Source: Promethearchaeota archaeon (GTDB lineage Archaea > Asgardarchaeota > Lokiarchaeia > Sigyniarchaeales > SOKP01). From it: 64,000 nt of DNA. The position numbers were made by a program, and so were the translations under genes. Location: NCBI GenBank assembly GCA_019894975.1, contig JAGXNO010000007.1:1-64000 (forward strand). The letters are read 5' to 3'. Numbering within the stretch: the first letter of the stretch is position 1; each line of letters starts with the position of its first letter. Below are positions 48,308-58,205 of the stretch, piece after piece. The notes under the pieces are model-generated. The model had not been told where the DNA came from. It ran no database searches and was given only the letters and a program-made list of their open reading frames with translations.

Positions 48308-49600
48308 TTAGAAGGGATTAGGTTTTTTTACATTTTTTCCACCAGATTCTTGATAGTACAACGTATTTGGTGGAATATTTTCATTTACTATCGTGTGGGC
48401 TCCAATAACAGAATTGTTTCCTATGATTTTTCCACACATGATACTTGCATTGATTCCTGTTTGAGAATTTGGACCTATGATTGCCCCTAATTTTCTAAGT
48501 CCAGAATCAATTAAGGATCCATTGATATTCATAGTAACATTTTGATTATCAAAACGTAGGTTAGAAATTTTTGTACCCGCACCGAGATTAACATCTTCAC
48601 ATATGATTGAATCCCCTATATAATTAAAGTGTGGAATAGCAGAATTCGAAAATATTATTGAATTCTTGATTTCGCTCATTCCTATGTGACAGTTATCATT
48701 TATAGATGTATATGGTCGAATAAATGCGTTTGGTCCTATTAAACACTTATTACCAATGTAGCACGGTCCCTGAATGTAGGATCCTGATTTGATAATTGAA
48801 TCTTTTCCAATATATACATTTCCTGTTATAGTTACGTTTTCTTCTACAATACCTAAATTTTTAGATTCTAATTTGTCTAAAATATGATGATTTACTTCAA
48901 ATAGTTGCCAAGGAAGACCTATGTCATTCCAATAATAATCTTTGATAATATATCCTTTTATTTTTACCCCAAATTCTTCAATTAAAATCTCCATTGAGTC
49001 GGTTATCTCATACTCATTTCGAATTGATTTCTCTGTTTTTTCAATAGCTTTGAATATTAAAGGGTTAAAAATATATATTCCAGCATTGGCTAGATTTCCT
49101 AATTTCAATTTTGAAGATGGTTTTTCTGTAATTTTTTCCACGAAACCATTGGAATTCAATGAAATTACTCCAAAATTTTCAGGATTTTCCACTTCAAATA
49201 AAGTTATATATCCTTCACTTGGATTTTTTTTATATTCTTGGACTAATTCCTTAAGAATTTCTGCATCGACAAAGATATCTCCATTTAGTATTAGAAAGGG
49301 TTCTTCTCTCATAGAATTTTTTACTTGAGCTACGGCGTGAGCGGTTCCTAAAAATTCTTTTTGAGTTATATATTCAATTTCTAAATTAAATTCTTTAGAA
49401 AATTTGTCAAAATGGTAACGTATTGTTTCTTCTTTATAACCAACAATCAGTATGATATGGTTAATTCCTGCTTCTTTTAAACCAATAATGGTATGTTCCA
49501 AAAGAGGTTTACCAATTAGAGGAATCATAGGTTTGGGTCTTGAAGTAGTAATTGGCCGTAACCTCTTTCCCTCACCTGCAGTTAATATGATTGCTCTCAT
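48308..49600 (-). CDS. glmU: bifunctional sugar-1-phosphate nucleotidyltransferase/acetyltransferase (archaeal GlmU)
   Basis: AGEG.RLRP.T..RPKP, LGTAHA, EKP, E.EITD, LbH domain with H..Y.GDS, NLGAGT. Confidence 0.92.
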   Translation of the reverse strand: MRAIILTAGEGKRLRPITTSRPKPMIPLIGKPLLEHTIIGLKEAGINHIILIVGYKEETIRYHFDKFSKEFNLEIEYITQKEFLGTAHAVAQVKNSMREEPFLILNGDIFVDAEILKELVQEYKKNPSEGYITLFEVENPENFGVISLNSNGFVEKITEKPSSKLKLGNLANAGIYIFNPLIFKAIEKTEKSIRNEYEITDSMEILIEEFGVKIKGYIIKDYYWNDIGLPWQLFEVNHHILDKLESKNLGIVEENVTITGNVYIGKDSIIKSGSYIQGPCYIGNKCLIGPNAFIRPYTSINDNCHIGMSEIKNSIIFSNSAIPHFNYIGDSIICEDVNLGAGTKISNLRFDNQNVTMNINGSLIDSGLRKLGAIIGPNSQTGINASIMCGKIIGNNSVIGAHTIVNENIPPNTLYYQESGGKNVKKPNPF

Positions 49601-49627
49601 AGGTGAAATTTAAGAAATTTATTTTTA

Positions 49628-50521
49628 TTAATCGTCAAAATCTTTGACTATTTCATTAAGTTGTTGATTTAAATGATTAAAGGGTTTTAGATTCCCCGCG
49701 AATTCCTTCTGAAAAATAGTGTCTAATATCATTTTAGCTTTAAACTGCTTAAAGATATTTTTAATTTTATAGAAATTTCCTGAAGCAATAAAATCTAATG
49801 AATAGTCTTTAATACTTCCAAATAATATTATCATCTTGTTTTTGGAGCCCTCGGTATCAATAAAATGAATTTCTTTTATCCCTGTCTTTGCTCGAATTTG
49901 TGTATTCATTGAAATTGTTTCTAATTTAGCAGAAAGATCTGAAGTGAATAGCTCAATATTTTCTATAGTGTTTTCTTTTGCTAAATTCAGAAGAAGATTT
50001 ATATCAAAAAGTTGAGAGATTATAGGTAATCCTTGGGATGATATTCCCGCATAAAGAATAGCATTTTTCACATTATTTTCATTTTCATCAAAAATGATTT
50101 CTTCTTCTAAAGGTTCTGTATACTTTTCTTTCAGATAATTAACAATTAAAGATACAACATCATTGAAAGTGGATTCTTCAGAGGCATTTTTTAATTCAGC
50201 CAGATTCTTGTAATGCAAATTAACTTGTTTGCTAAATTCATTTACAATCTTAAAGGTCTCCTCTGATCCTACCTCAAAATCGCCGATTATGCAGAAAAAT
50301 AGATTCTGTAATTTTTTTGTCACTATGTGCTTTACGATTATTCTTTCTCGTCCTATCTTATGATCCTTTAAACAAATTTTTTTTAAACGCCAAGTATTTC
50401 TGGGATTTATACTTCGAAGTAGCTTTTCCAAAAAAAGGATTATCTCAAAAGAGCTATATTTTTTGTTGTTTGAACAATACAAAACATCCTCTTCTAAAAT
50501 AATTGTAAAACCATTAATCAT
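49628..50521 (-). CDS. hypothetical protein, putative tandem longin-like domains
   Basis: N-terminal beta-hairpin (INGFTII...VLY), helix, strands; second unit ILYAGISSQGLPIIS; inferred by pattern only. Confidence 0.5.
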   Translation of the reverse strand: MINGFTIILEEDVLYCSNNKKYSSFEIILFLEKLLRSINPRNTWRLKKICLKDHKIGRERIIVKHIVTKKLQNLFFCIIGDFEVGSEETFKIVNEFSKQVNLHYKNLAELKNASEESTFNDVVSLIVNYLKEKYTEPLEEEIIFDENENNVKNAILYAGISSQGLPIISQLFDINLLLNLAKENTIENIELFTSDLSAKLETISMNTQIRAKTGIKEIHFIDTEGSKNKMIILFGSIKDYSLDFIASGNFYKIKNIFKQFKAKMILDTIFQKEFAGNLKPFNHLNQQLNEIVKDFDD

Positions 50522-50711
50522 CGAAAAAACTCTTAGAACTTAAAAAAGTCATTAGTGAGCTCTTATATTGGTAATAACTTTTAAGGAATTTAATTTTATT
50601 TAATTTTGTAAAACCATCGAATTTCTTTTACTAAATTTGTATATATAAGTTTATTAGCTATATAACTCTTAAAAAAAATAATTATTTGAAGTTGCTTTAT
50701 ATAAATCACAA

Positions 50712-51518
50712 ATGGAAACTTTAACTTCATCTCAAAAAGAAAATATTAAGATAGCTGCAGAGATATTACTAAATTCAAAGCATTCAATTGTATTAACTGG
50801 AGCGGGAATTTCAACTGGATCGGGTATACCTGATTTTAGGGGAGCGGGTGGAATTTGGGAAAAATATAAACCAAAAATTTATGGAAATATTGAATCTTTT
50901 TTAAAAGATCCTTCTAAATTCTGGAAAATGGCTGAAGAAATTGCTCCAACATTGTTTAATGCTGAACCTAATCCAGGTCATTCTGCCCTTGCAGAACTTG
51001 AAAAAAAGAAAATTATTAAAGCAATTATAACTCAGAATATAGATGAGCTGCATCAAAAAGCCGGTGCTGTTATAGTCTATGAAGTTCATGGAAATATCAA
51101 CAGATTTACTTGCCTTGGGTGCAGAGCGAGTTATACTAAAGAACAGGTTTTAAGCAAAATAAAAAGAATTAAAAAATCAGCACCACTCTGTGATTATTGT
51201 GGAGCACCTTTAAAACCTTCAGTGGTACTTTTTGGAGAAGATCTTCCAAAATTTGAAAAATATATGTCTATCGATTTAGCAAAGAAAGCAGATGTTATGT
51301 TAATTGCTGGATCATCATTAACTGTAGCTCCAATTTGTGATTTACCTGTATATACATTAAGTGGAGCGGGTAAATTAATAATTGTAAATGACCAGCCTAC
51401 ACATTTAGATGATAAAGCTGAAATTGTGATTAATCATAAAACTGAAGTCATTTTACCTTTAATTGTTGAAGAAATCAAAAAAATTAAAATTAAACGTGAA
51501 TCTGAACTAAGCATATAG
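50712..51518 (+). CDS. cobB: NAD-dependent protein deacylase (Sir2/CobB)
   Basis: GAGIS..SGIPDFRG, TQNID.LH, HG, CxxC..CxxC, P.VV.FGE, GSS. Confidence 0.95.
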   Translation: METLTSSQKENIKIAAEILLNSKHSIVLTGAGISTGSGIPDFRGAGGIWEKYKPKIYGNIESFLKDPSKFWKMAEEIAPTLFNAEPNPGHSALAELEKKKIIKAIITQNIDELHQKAGAVIVYEVHGNINRFTCLGCRASYTKEQVLSKIKRIKKSAPLCDYCGAPLKPSVVLFGEDLPKFEKYMSIDLAKKADVMLIAGSSLTVAPICDLPVYTLSGAGKLIIVNDQPTHLDDKAEIVINHKTEVILPLIVEEIKKIKIKRESELSI

Positions 51519-53102
51519 ATGTCTTCTGAAAATTTAATTATTAAGGATTGGCGTACAATAGACTTTTCTTTTGGATTAATATATCCTAATGTATACAAGA
51601 TTGGGATGTCATCCTACTCTATCAGACTACTTTATCATTTAATTAATACTTATGAAAATATCGCTTGTGAACGTATATTCTTACCGGAAAGGATAAAATA
51701 CCCCGCATCAACTGATTTTTCTTCAGAAGGAACTCTACGTTCCATTGAAAATAAAATATTACCGCGAGATTTCGATATACTAGGATTTTCACTCCATTTT
51801 GAAAATGATTATAAGAATGTTCTTTGGATTCTAGAGAAAGCCAAGATTCCTTTGACCTATCAGAAAAGACAGGAATTAATGTCTGAAAGAAATGATGTGT
51901 TTCCTTTAATCATAGGCGGTGGTCCAGTAATTACTTCCAATCCTATATCATTTAGTAATATATTTGATCTTTTCTTTATTGGGGATGCTGAGCCTAATGT
52001 TGAACCATTTTTCAATTTATTTAGCGAATATAAGTTTCAGAAGATCTCCTTTCAGGAGTTTATAACTCAAGCAAAAGAAATCGATGGTATATTCATACCT
52101 TCATTAAATAATAATCCAAAGAGAGAAGTTTTAAAAAATTTAGATGATTCTCCTATTCCCATTTATCAATTAAGCTCAAAAGTATCTAAAGACACCCCTA
52201 TTTTTGAGAATAACTTTTTTATTGAAACTAACCGAGGTTGTCCTTATCAATGTAAGTTTTGTATATCATCGTTTCATAATTCTCCCTTTAGAAACAGAAG
52301 TTATGAAAATATTATTGAAGCTGTGGATAAAGCCATACAAAACTCAAAATTTTCTGCGATTAGTCTTATTGGTTCCTGTGTCTCTTCACATCCCAAATTT
52401 AAACAAATCTGTGAATATATAATAGAAAAAAGAAAAAGATTAACTTTACCTTCATTACGAATTGATCATTTAACTCCAGAAATAATTCAAATTCTTGAAT
52501 CTGGTGATATTAAGACTGTTACTATAGCCCCTGAAGCAGGATCAGAAAAATTAAGGCACTCCTTAGGAAAAAATTTTACAAATGAGAAAATAATATCCGT
52601 TTTATCTCAAATTCGGGCTTCAAAGATAAAAAATGTTAAATTCTATTTTTTAATTGGATTACCTAATGAAGATGAAGAAGACATTAATGAAATCATTACA
52701 TTACTAAAATCTATTGATAATTTAGGATTTAATAATAAGTCACTAAGAGTAAACATAAATCCTTTTATCCCAAAATTGAATACTCCTTATGAGAGAGAGG
52801 TAAACTTTTACTTTAAAGAAGAAATAAACAATTTTGCAAGAAAATACAAAAAGATTGAACGAGAGCTTAAGAACATACCATCTATAAAATTAAAATCTAT
52901 GAACTTCAAAGCAATAATTAAAAATGCGCGTCTCCAGACAATGATTTCTTTAGGAAATATTTTGGTTTCGGATCTCCTATTGAACTATTATATAAATGGT
53001 GGTAATTTTGGGGCTCTTAAAAAAGCTGAAGGAGATCTACATTTCTCATTTGAACAATATTTATTAAAAATTAAGGAAGGGTATAGTCCCTGGAAATTAT
53101 AA
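51519..53102 (+). CDS. radical SAM protein (B12-binding-like N-terminus)
   Basis: YPN.Y..GMS, RGCPYQCKFC, APEAGSE.LR, YF.IGLP; starts the base after the cobB stop. Confidence 0.9.
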   Translation: MSSENLIIKDWRTIDFSFGLIYPNVYKIGMSSYSIRLLYHLINTYENIACERIFLPERIKYPASTDFSSEGTLRSIENKILPRDFDILGFSLHFENDYKNVLWILEKAKIPLTYQKRQELMSERNDVFPLIIGGGPVITSNPISFSNIFDLFFIGDAEPNVEPFFNLFSEYKFQKISFQEFITQAKEIDGIFIPSLNNNPKREVLKNLDDSPIPIYQLSSKVSKDTPIFENNFFIETNRGCPYQCKFCISSFHNSPFRNRSYENIIEAVDKAIQNSKFSAISLIGSCVSSHPKFKQICEYIIEKRKRLTLPSLRIDHLTPEIIQILESGDIKTVTIAPEAGSEKLRHSLGKNFTNEKIISVLSQIRASKIKNVKFYFLIGLPNEDEEDINEIITLLKSIDNLGFNNKSLRVNINPFIPKLNTPYEREVNFYFKEEINNFARKYKKIERELKNIPSIKLKSMNFKAIIKNARLQTMISLGNILVSDLLLNYYINGGNFGALKKAEGDLHFSFEQYLLKIKEGYSPWKL

Positions 53103-53114
53103 AAAAAAAATTAG

Positions 53115-53618
53115 TTAATCAATTTTTTGAAAAACTTTTTTAACCGCCCCGCAAACTGGACATTTATCTGGTGGCTCTCCTTCATGGGTATATCCGCAGA
53201 CAGGACAAATATAAATATCATTTTTCTCTAAATCTTTACCATCCTCAACAGCTTTAAGAGCACTTTCGTATAGTTTATGATGTATTTTTTCTACTTCATT
53301 AGCATAAGTAAATGTACGATTTGCACCTTTATTTTCTTCAGCTTTAGCTTCTTCAATAAACTCAGGATACATCTTCGTAAATTCATGATGTTCTCCTTCT
53401 ACAGCAGCCTGTAAATTTTCCTTGGTTGATTTTATGCCACCAAGTACCCTTAGATGGCTATGAGCGTGAACGGTTTCAGCAGCAGCAGCAGCTCTGAAGA
53501 GTTTTGCCACTTGAGGAAACCCATCTTTATCTGCTTTTTCTGCAAAAGCTAAATATTTACGATTTGCTTGGGATTCACCCGCAAATGCAGCCATTAAATT
53601 TTCTTCTGATTTTGTCAT
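53115..53618 (-). CDS. rbr: rubrerythrin
   Basis: AFAGESQA, E..HA, GE..E...MY, E..H, C-terminal CPVCG...CPVCG. Confidence 0.95.
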   Translation of the reverse strand: MTKSEENLMAAFAGESQANRKYLAFAEKADKDGFPQVAKLFRAAAAAETVHAHSHLRVLGGIKSTKENLQAAVEGEHHEFTKMYPEFIEEAKAEENKGANRTFTYANEVEKIHHKLYESALKAVEDGKDLEKNDIYICPVCGYTHEGEPPDKCPVCGAVKKVFQKID

Positions 53619-53788
53619 TTCCTTCACATTTATGAGATAAAATTTAATTCTAAATTATATTAATAGATTTTTTAATTTGGCTTTTATAATTAATAAATTG
53701 ATCTCTAATATTTAGAATTCTTCTCTGAAAGAAATATTACGATATTTAAAAATGCATGGTTATTTCGGATGGTAGTTTTTATCCTACA

Positions 53789-54589
53789 TTAATCTGCTAC
53801 TGTGGTTTTAATTTTATTCACAACCTTAGTCAAATAATGTTCAGCCAATCCAAATTTTATATTTGAACCAAAAACTAGAATAATAAAATAAGTATCAAGC
53901 ACATACTCCGAAAAAATAAATTTTTCGTCTTTGAATGTATAAAAAAGCTTTAAAATTGAATTATTATATATTTTCACACGAAAATCAACTTCTTTTAAGA
54001 ATTTCTTTAAATCCAAATTATTATAAGAAGAATATATTGCTTTTCCCCTGTCAGTTAATAGAATTATTCCATCAATATCATCTTTGGAGATTAGTTCCTT
54101 CAGATAAGCAACAACTTCCATCTCTTTTTGCGTTCCAAATTCATGGCTCAACGCAATAGTTATAACTTCCTCTATTGCTTCATTTAATTCTGGGTCATAT
54201 ATTATTTCGGCATTTATATTAACATTTTTCTTAATAAGATAAGAGGTAATCCTTTGGTGTATTTTTAAGATAATATCCTCTAATATTGTCATATTTTCAA
54301 CCATGTCACATAAAATTCCATAATATAACGAATTCTTTTCAAAAATTACTATTTTGACATCTTCCATTTCTATAATCTTAAACTTCTTTCCAATCATCTC
54401 CTTTGCAAATGACATAAGAGCAGATATAAAAGGGGAAATTAAATTTTTCTCAACTTTAATATAATCCGTAAAATTTCGACCATAAAAACAAATACCAGAT
54501 TTATTAAAAACAAACAGATTATGTATTAATGAACATTCAGTATGTTTCTTTATTTTAGAGGGAAATGCGGCTTGATCTTGTATAATCAT
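53789..54589 (-). CDS. longin-like plus roadblock/MglB-like domain protein (Asgard eukaryotic-signature type)
   Basis: IHNLFVFNKSGICFY...LISPFISAL.SFA.E (longin pattern); C-terminal IDGIILLTDRGKAIYS (roadblock pattern). Confidence 0.7.
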   Translation of the reverse strand: MIIQDQAAFPSKIKKHTECSLIHNLFVFNKSGICFYGRNFTDYIKVEKNLISPFISALMSFAKEMIGKKFKIIEMEDVKIVIFEKNSLYYGILCDMVENMTILEDIILKIHQRITSYLIKKNVNINAEIIYDPELNEAIEEVITIALSHEFGTQKEMEVVAYLKELISKDDIDGIILLTDRGKAIYSSYNNLDLKKFLKEVDFRVKIYNNSILKLFYTFKDEKFIFSEYVLDTYFIILVFGSNIKFGLAEHYLTKVVNKIKTTVAD

Positions 54590-55171
54590 ATAGATGTTTT
54601 AAATCTAGACTATAAAAAGGACATAGTTTTACCCAAAAATATTCTTAGGGAAAGTCAGAGATTATCCTTAACAATTTAGGATTGAACACTCGTAAAATCA
54701 AGCTTAATAGGTTGTGTTTGAACACAATTCTTACATTTATGATTTAAATAATCTAATTAATTTTCAATTTATTTCAAATAATATACAAATTCACTTCAAT
54801 TATATAATTCTCATATTTATCGTAAATATTTGAGATCTTATACTAAGAAAGAATATAGAAAAATTGCTCTACACCATTATATTCCTAATTTCTACGAAGA
54901 AAAGTAGCTTTTAACCGAAAACTACTCTCTTATAGTTTAGACATTTTATGATCTCATTGAGAATTAGAAAATAATGCTGATTTTATGATTAATTTATAAA
55001 CCCGTCCCAGATTTTATAGATTATCGAAATTACAAATTTTGTATTTAGAGCATTGTTATTCATCGTTTAAGATGATCAGATCTTAAAGTTTAAAAATAAG
55101 AACGATAGATTAATATTTAAAATAGAATTTTTTTAAAACAGTTTTAAACTAATAATAGGAGGAATAATAAA

Positions 55172-55369
55172 ATGGCTAAAAAAGCAGCAGTAGAGGCTCT
55201 TTTTGTAAAAAGTAAAGTTCGAGAGTATATCAAGGGTAAAGGATGCAATACAAGCGGCGACCTTATAGACGGTCCAGCACTTAACGATGCTATCATTGAT
55301 GTCCTTGATAAAGCGATCGGAAGAGCCAAAGCTAATAATAGGAAAACCGTTCAAGAAAAAGATTTGTAG
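55172..55369 (+). CDS. histone-fold protein (alpha3-truncated type)
   Basis: L.V.SKV...IK..G.NTS...RAKAN.RKTV...DL; strong AGGAGG SD; T-tract downstream. Confidence 0.85.
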   Translation: MAKKAAVEALFVKSKVREYIKGKGCNTSGDLIDGPALNDAIIDVLDKAIGRAKANNRKTVQEKDL

Positions 55370-55590
55370 ATTTCTTGTCAATATTTTTAAATTTAAGTTT
55401 TTTTTTTAATCTAATTTTTTGATAATTAATAAAATTATCACAAATTTCAGAGTGTATTTAACTTTAAATTGATAAAATTGTACTTTTTAATTTAACTACA
55501 CACACAACCAAAAATAAATAAGGAATAAAAATTCCTTCCCAAATCGCCTTATACCTTGGACTCTTTCTCAAGAAAAGGAATTTAATATTC

Positions 55591-56124
55591 TTATTTTTCC
55601 TCTTTCTCTAATTTATGAGTAGATCCTTTATCAATTATAAAAAATCCAACTGAGAGTACACTTTTTAAGCGTTGCAAGCGATCTCTAAGAGTCTTTACAC
55701 GATTGTATGGACCTGAAACAGCGATTATTTCTAAGCATTTTCCATATTCTAAATGAACATGCATAGTAGATATGATTATATCAAAGAAATGATGTTGAAT
55801 GTCGATCTTTAATATTTCATCTGTTTGTTGGACACTTGCATACATTGTATGAGAACTATAATCATGCTCATGGTCAGCGGTGTGAGAAGAATCATGGGAA
55901 TGATCATCTTGTTTTATATCTGGATGTTCATGAGCCATAATGATAGTTATGCACCCCACAACATTTCCATGGCTTATAGAAATGTTTTCTTCGCTAATCA
56001 TAAAAGTATGCATAGCTTTTCGAATTGCATCCGATCTTGATACGCCTAACTTATTCCTAAAAACTTCAAATTGTTCATATAGTTTTTCAGGTAGAGAAAC
56101 TGTGAATCGCTTATATTCTTCCAT
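55591..56124 (-). CDS. nikR: nickel-responsive regulator NikR-like with His-rich insertion
   Basis: RHH RFTVSLP...SRS.AIR.A; Ni-site QH..., H.H....CLE. Confidence 0.88.
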   Translation of the reverse strand: MEEYKRFTVSLPEKLYEQFEVFRNKLGVSRSDAIRKAMHTFMISEENISISHGNVVGCITIIMAHEHPDIKQDDHSHDSSHTADHEHDYSSHTMYASVQQTDEILKIDIQHHFFDIIISTMHVHLEYGKCLEIIAVSGPYNRVKTLRDRLQRLKSVLSVGFFIIDKGSTHKLEKEEK

Positions 56125-56165
56125 TTTAGCTAACAACTTATTTTTTTCTTAGAAAAAGGTAAAAA

Positions 56166-56903
56166 TCATTTTCTTATAAAGATTGCGATGGGTACACTTG
56201 CTTCACGCCACTGGGCAATTTTCCCAGAATATTCAAGGTTTAACTTACTTCTACCATGATCTCCAATGATAATCATAAGTGAATTCTTCCTCAATTGCTT
56301 ATAATTACTTAAGATCCACTTGTCCGTTCGATTAATTAATTTTTCTATTAAATCTTCAGGAGTTCTCTGTTTTAATTGTTGTTGTTGTTTATGCAGGTTC
56401 TCAAAATCTAGGTAATGCATCCAAGAGAGATCATGATTATTGATAGCTTTTGCTGATTCCACCCAGGTACTCATGTCAGAATCTTTTGGGATAGACTTAG
56501 TACCCCCATCATAACGTTCTAGGTCTTTCTTCCGACCAATAAAACAGGACGACTTTTCATTATCATTCAGGTATTTCAAGAGATGAAATCCATTAGGCTC
56601 CACATCAAAACCACCATATATTAATTGATGTAAAACACCGAGAGTATAAGGATTTCTCGTACTCAGTAATAACATCACTTCAGAATTACTAATCATGAAC
56701 TGAGGCTTCATATAGGTTATTTCGAAGAGCCCCATGTTGTCAATTAAATTGATGCTAATTCTTTCTATATTTCCATATAGATCTAGAACATCTTGAATGG
56801 GATTAGGAAGTATTTTTTGAGGTGGATCAACTTTTAAAATTTTTAAAATTGTTGCTGGTAGTTGGTTCATGTAACATTTTAATGTTTGGAGTTCTGAGCT
56901 CAT
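56166..56903 (-). CDS. alkaline phosphatase superfamily (PglZ-like core) protein, degenerate
   Basis: LID..G, GDHG, VP motifs. Confidence 0.55.
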   Translation of the reverse strand: MSSELQTLKCYMNQLPATILKILKVDPPQKILPNPIQDVLDLYGNIERISINLIDNMGLFEITYMKPQFMISNSEVMLLLSTRNPYTLGVLHQLIYGGFDVEPNGFHLLKYLNDNEKSSCFIGRKKDLERYDGGTKSIPKDSDMSTWVESAKAINNHDLSWMHYLDFENLHKQQQQLKQRTPEDLIEKLINRTDKWILSNYKQLRKNSLMIIIGDHGRSKLNLEYSGKIAQWREASVPIAIFIRK

Positions 56904-57042
56904 ATCTGTGTCCTATATTTGAATATCGATTTAATTATAATAATTTACAATATTAATAAATAGATAATATACTTATAAAATTGTTATCACTTTAATTCTC
57001 GCCATTTGTATCAACTGGATTAGAACAGAAAAAATAAAAAAA

Positions 57043-57504
57043 TTAATCGTTGATTATAGATTTGTCTTTAATCTTTCTTATAATAATTATAAAATATCCA
57101 GCCGGAACTGATATGATAAAACCCCATAGAGGAGATTTAAAGATTAGTAATATACTACCAATAGGGTAAAGAATTCGAGATGAGAATTTTATTATACGAT
57201 TTGTTAGTGATTTCCGTCTAGCTATCTGAATCGAATACTGTACAATTGATGGGAGCCAACATATTAAGAAAAAGATCAAAACTGATGGGAAGCTAATGAA
57301 ATTTACAATATAATTATAAAATAAATTACCGACTGTCAGAGCAATGATAGTTCCTAATACAAATGCAAAGCACCCTATACAAATGGCATACTTAAATATA
57401 TAAAAAACATGATCATCAAAATCTTCGCGATTTGGATTGTGATACGCTAGCCAATTTACTATAACTTTTTCATCTTTTAAATTGATCTCTTTATGGCTAG
57501 GCAT
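57043..57504 (-). CDS. DUF2085-like membrane protein
   Basis: H.P....H.F......C..C followed by TM helices. Confidence 0.55.
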   Translation of the reverse strand: MPSHKEINLKDEKVIVNWLAYHNPNREDFDDHVFYIFKYAICIGCFAFVLGTIIALTVGNLFYNYIVNFISFPSVLIFFLICWLPSIVQYSIQIARRKSLTNRIIKFSSRILYPIGSILLIFKSPLWGFIISVPAGYFIIIIRKIKDKSIIND

Positions 57505-57550
57505 TTTCTTACTTTATTCATAAAAATAAAATTAAATATATTTTTTTAGT

Positions 57551-58051
57551 CTAAAATCTAACAATCACAATCACCACATCCATCACAAACTGCAGCAATT
57601 TAGTAGGTGATGTCCACATTTCGCGTTCTTGTGGTCTTGTTTTTGGTTCAACAAGTTCTCTAGTCTCTACTTTAACTTTAATTGGAAAGACAATCGGTTC
57701 ACCAGTGTCAGATCTTAAATCTACGGTTAAATTAAAATCACCGAGTTCCTCAGGCAATATCGTAAAGAAAACATTTTTTGTTTGATTCCTCCCGATTACT
57801 CGAATTTTTTTAGATGATATCAACATAGTAAATTCAGGTGGACCATAAAGGCGTAGATCTACATTGTATATAGGTAAATTTGAATTATTTTGAAGTATTA
57901 CGTGAAATCTTGCACGTACGTTTGGGAGAAGGACCAAAGTATCAACACCACCACTAAGAGAAATAGAAAAGCCTTCCTTTCGTCCATCACTACAAAATGG
58001 GCAATATTTTGCCTTGTTAGGTATTTCTGAACCACATTTAGGACAAAACAT
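57551..58051 (-). CDS. zinc-ribbon plus CARDB/Ig-like domain protein
   Basis: MFCPKCG......KYCPFC; V.LQN, F.I.P...G. Confidence 0.7.
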   Translation of the reverse strand: MFCPKCGSEIPNKAKYCPFCSDGRKEGFSISLSGGVDTLVLLPNVRARFHVILQNNSNLPIYNVDLRLYGPPEFTMLISSKKIRVIGRNQTKNVFFTILPEELGDFNLTVDLRSDTGEPIVFPIKVKVETRELVEPKTRPQEREMWTSPTKLLQFVMDVVIVIVRF

Positions 58052-58205
58052 TTGAATAATCTACTTATTTTGAATTCCATTTAATTATAATAAATTATAA
58101 AATAAGGGAAGTAACCTTTTGTTATAAATATGTTTTAATACAACTATGAATGATTTTTAATTCATTGTTATTAATATTATCGCAAAAATTGATAAGAAGA
58201 GTAAA

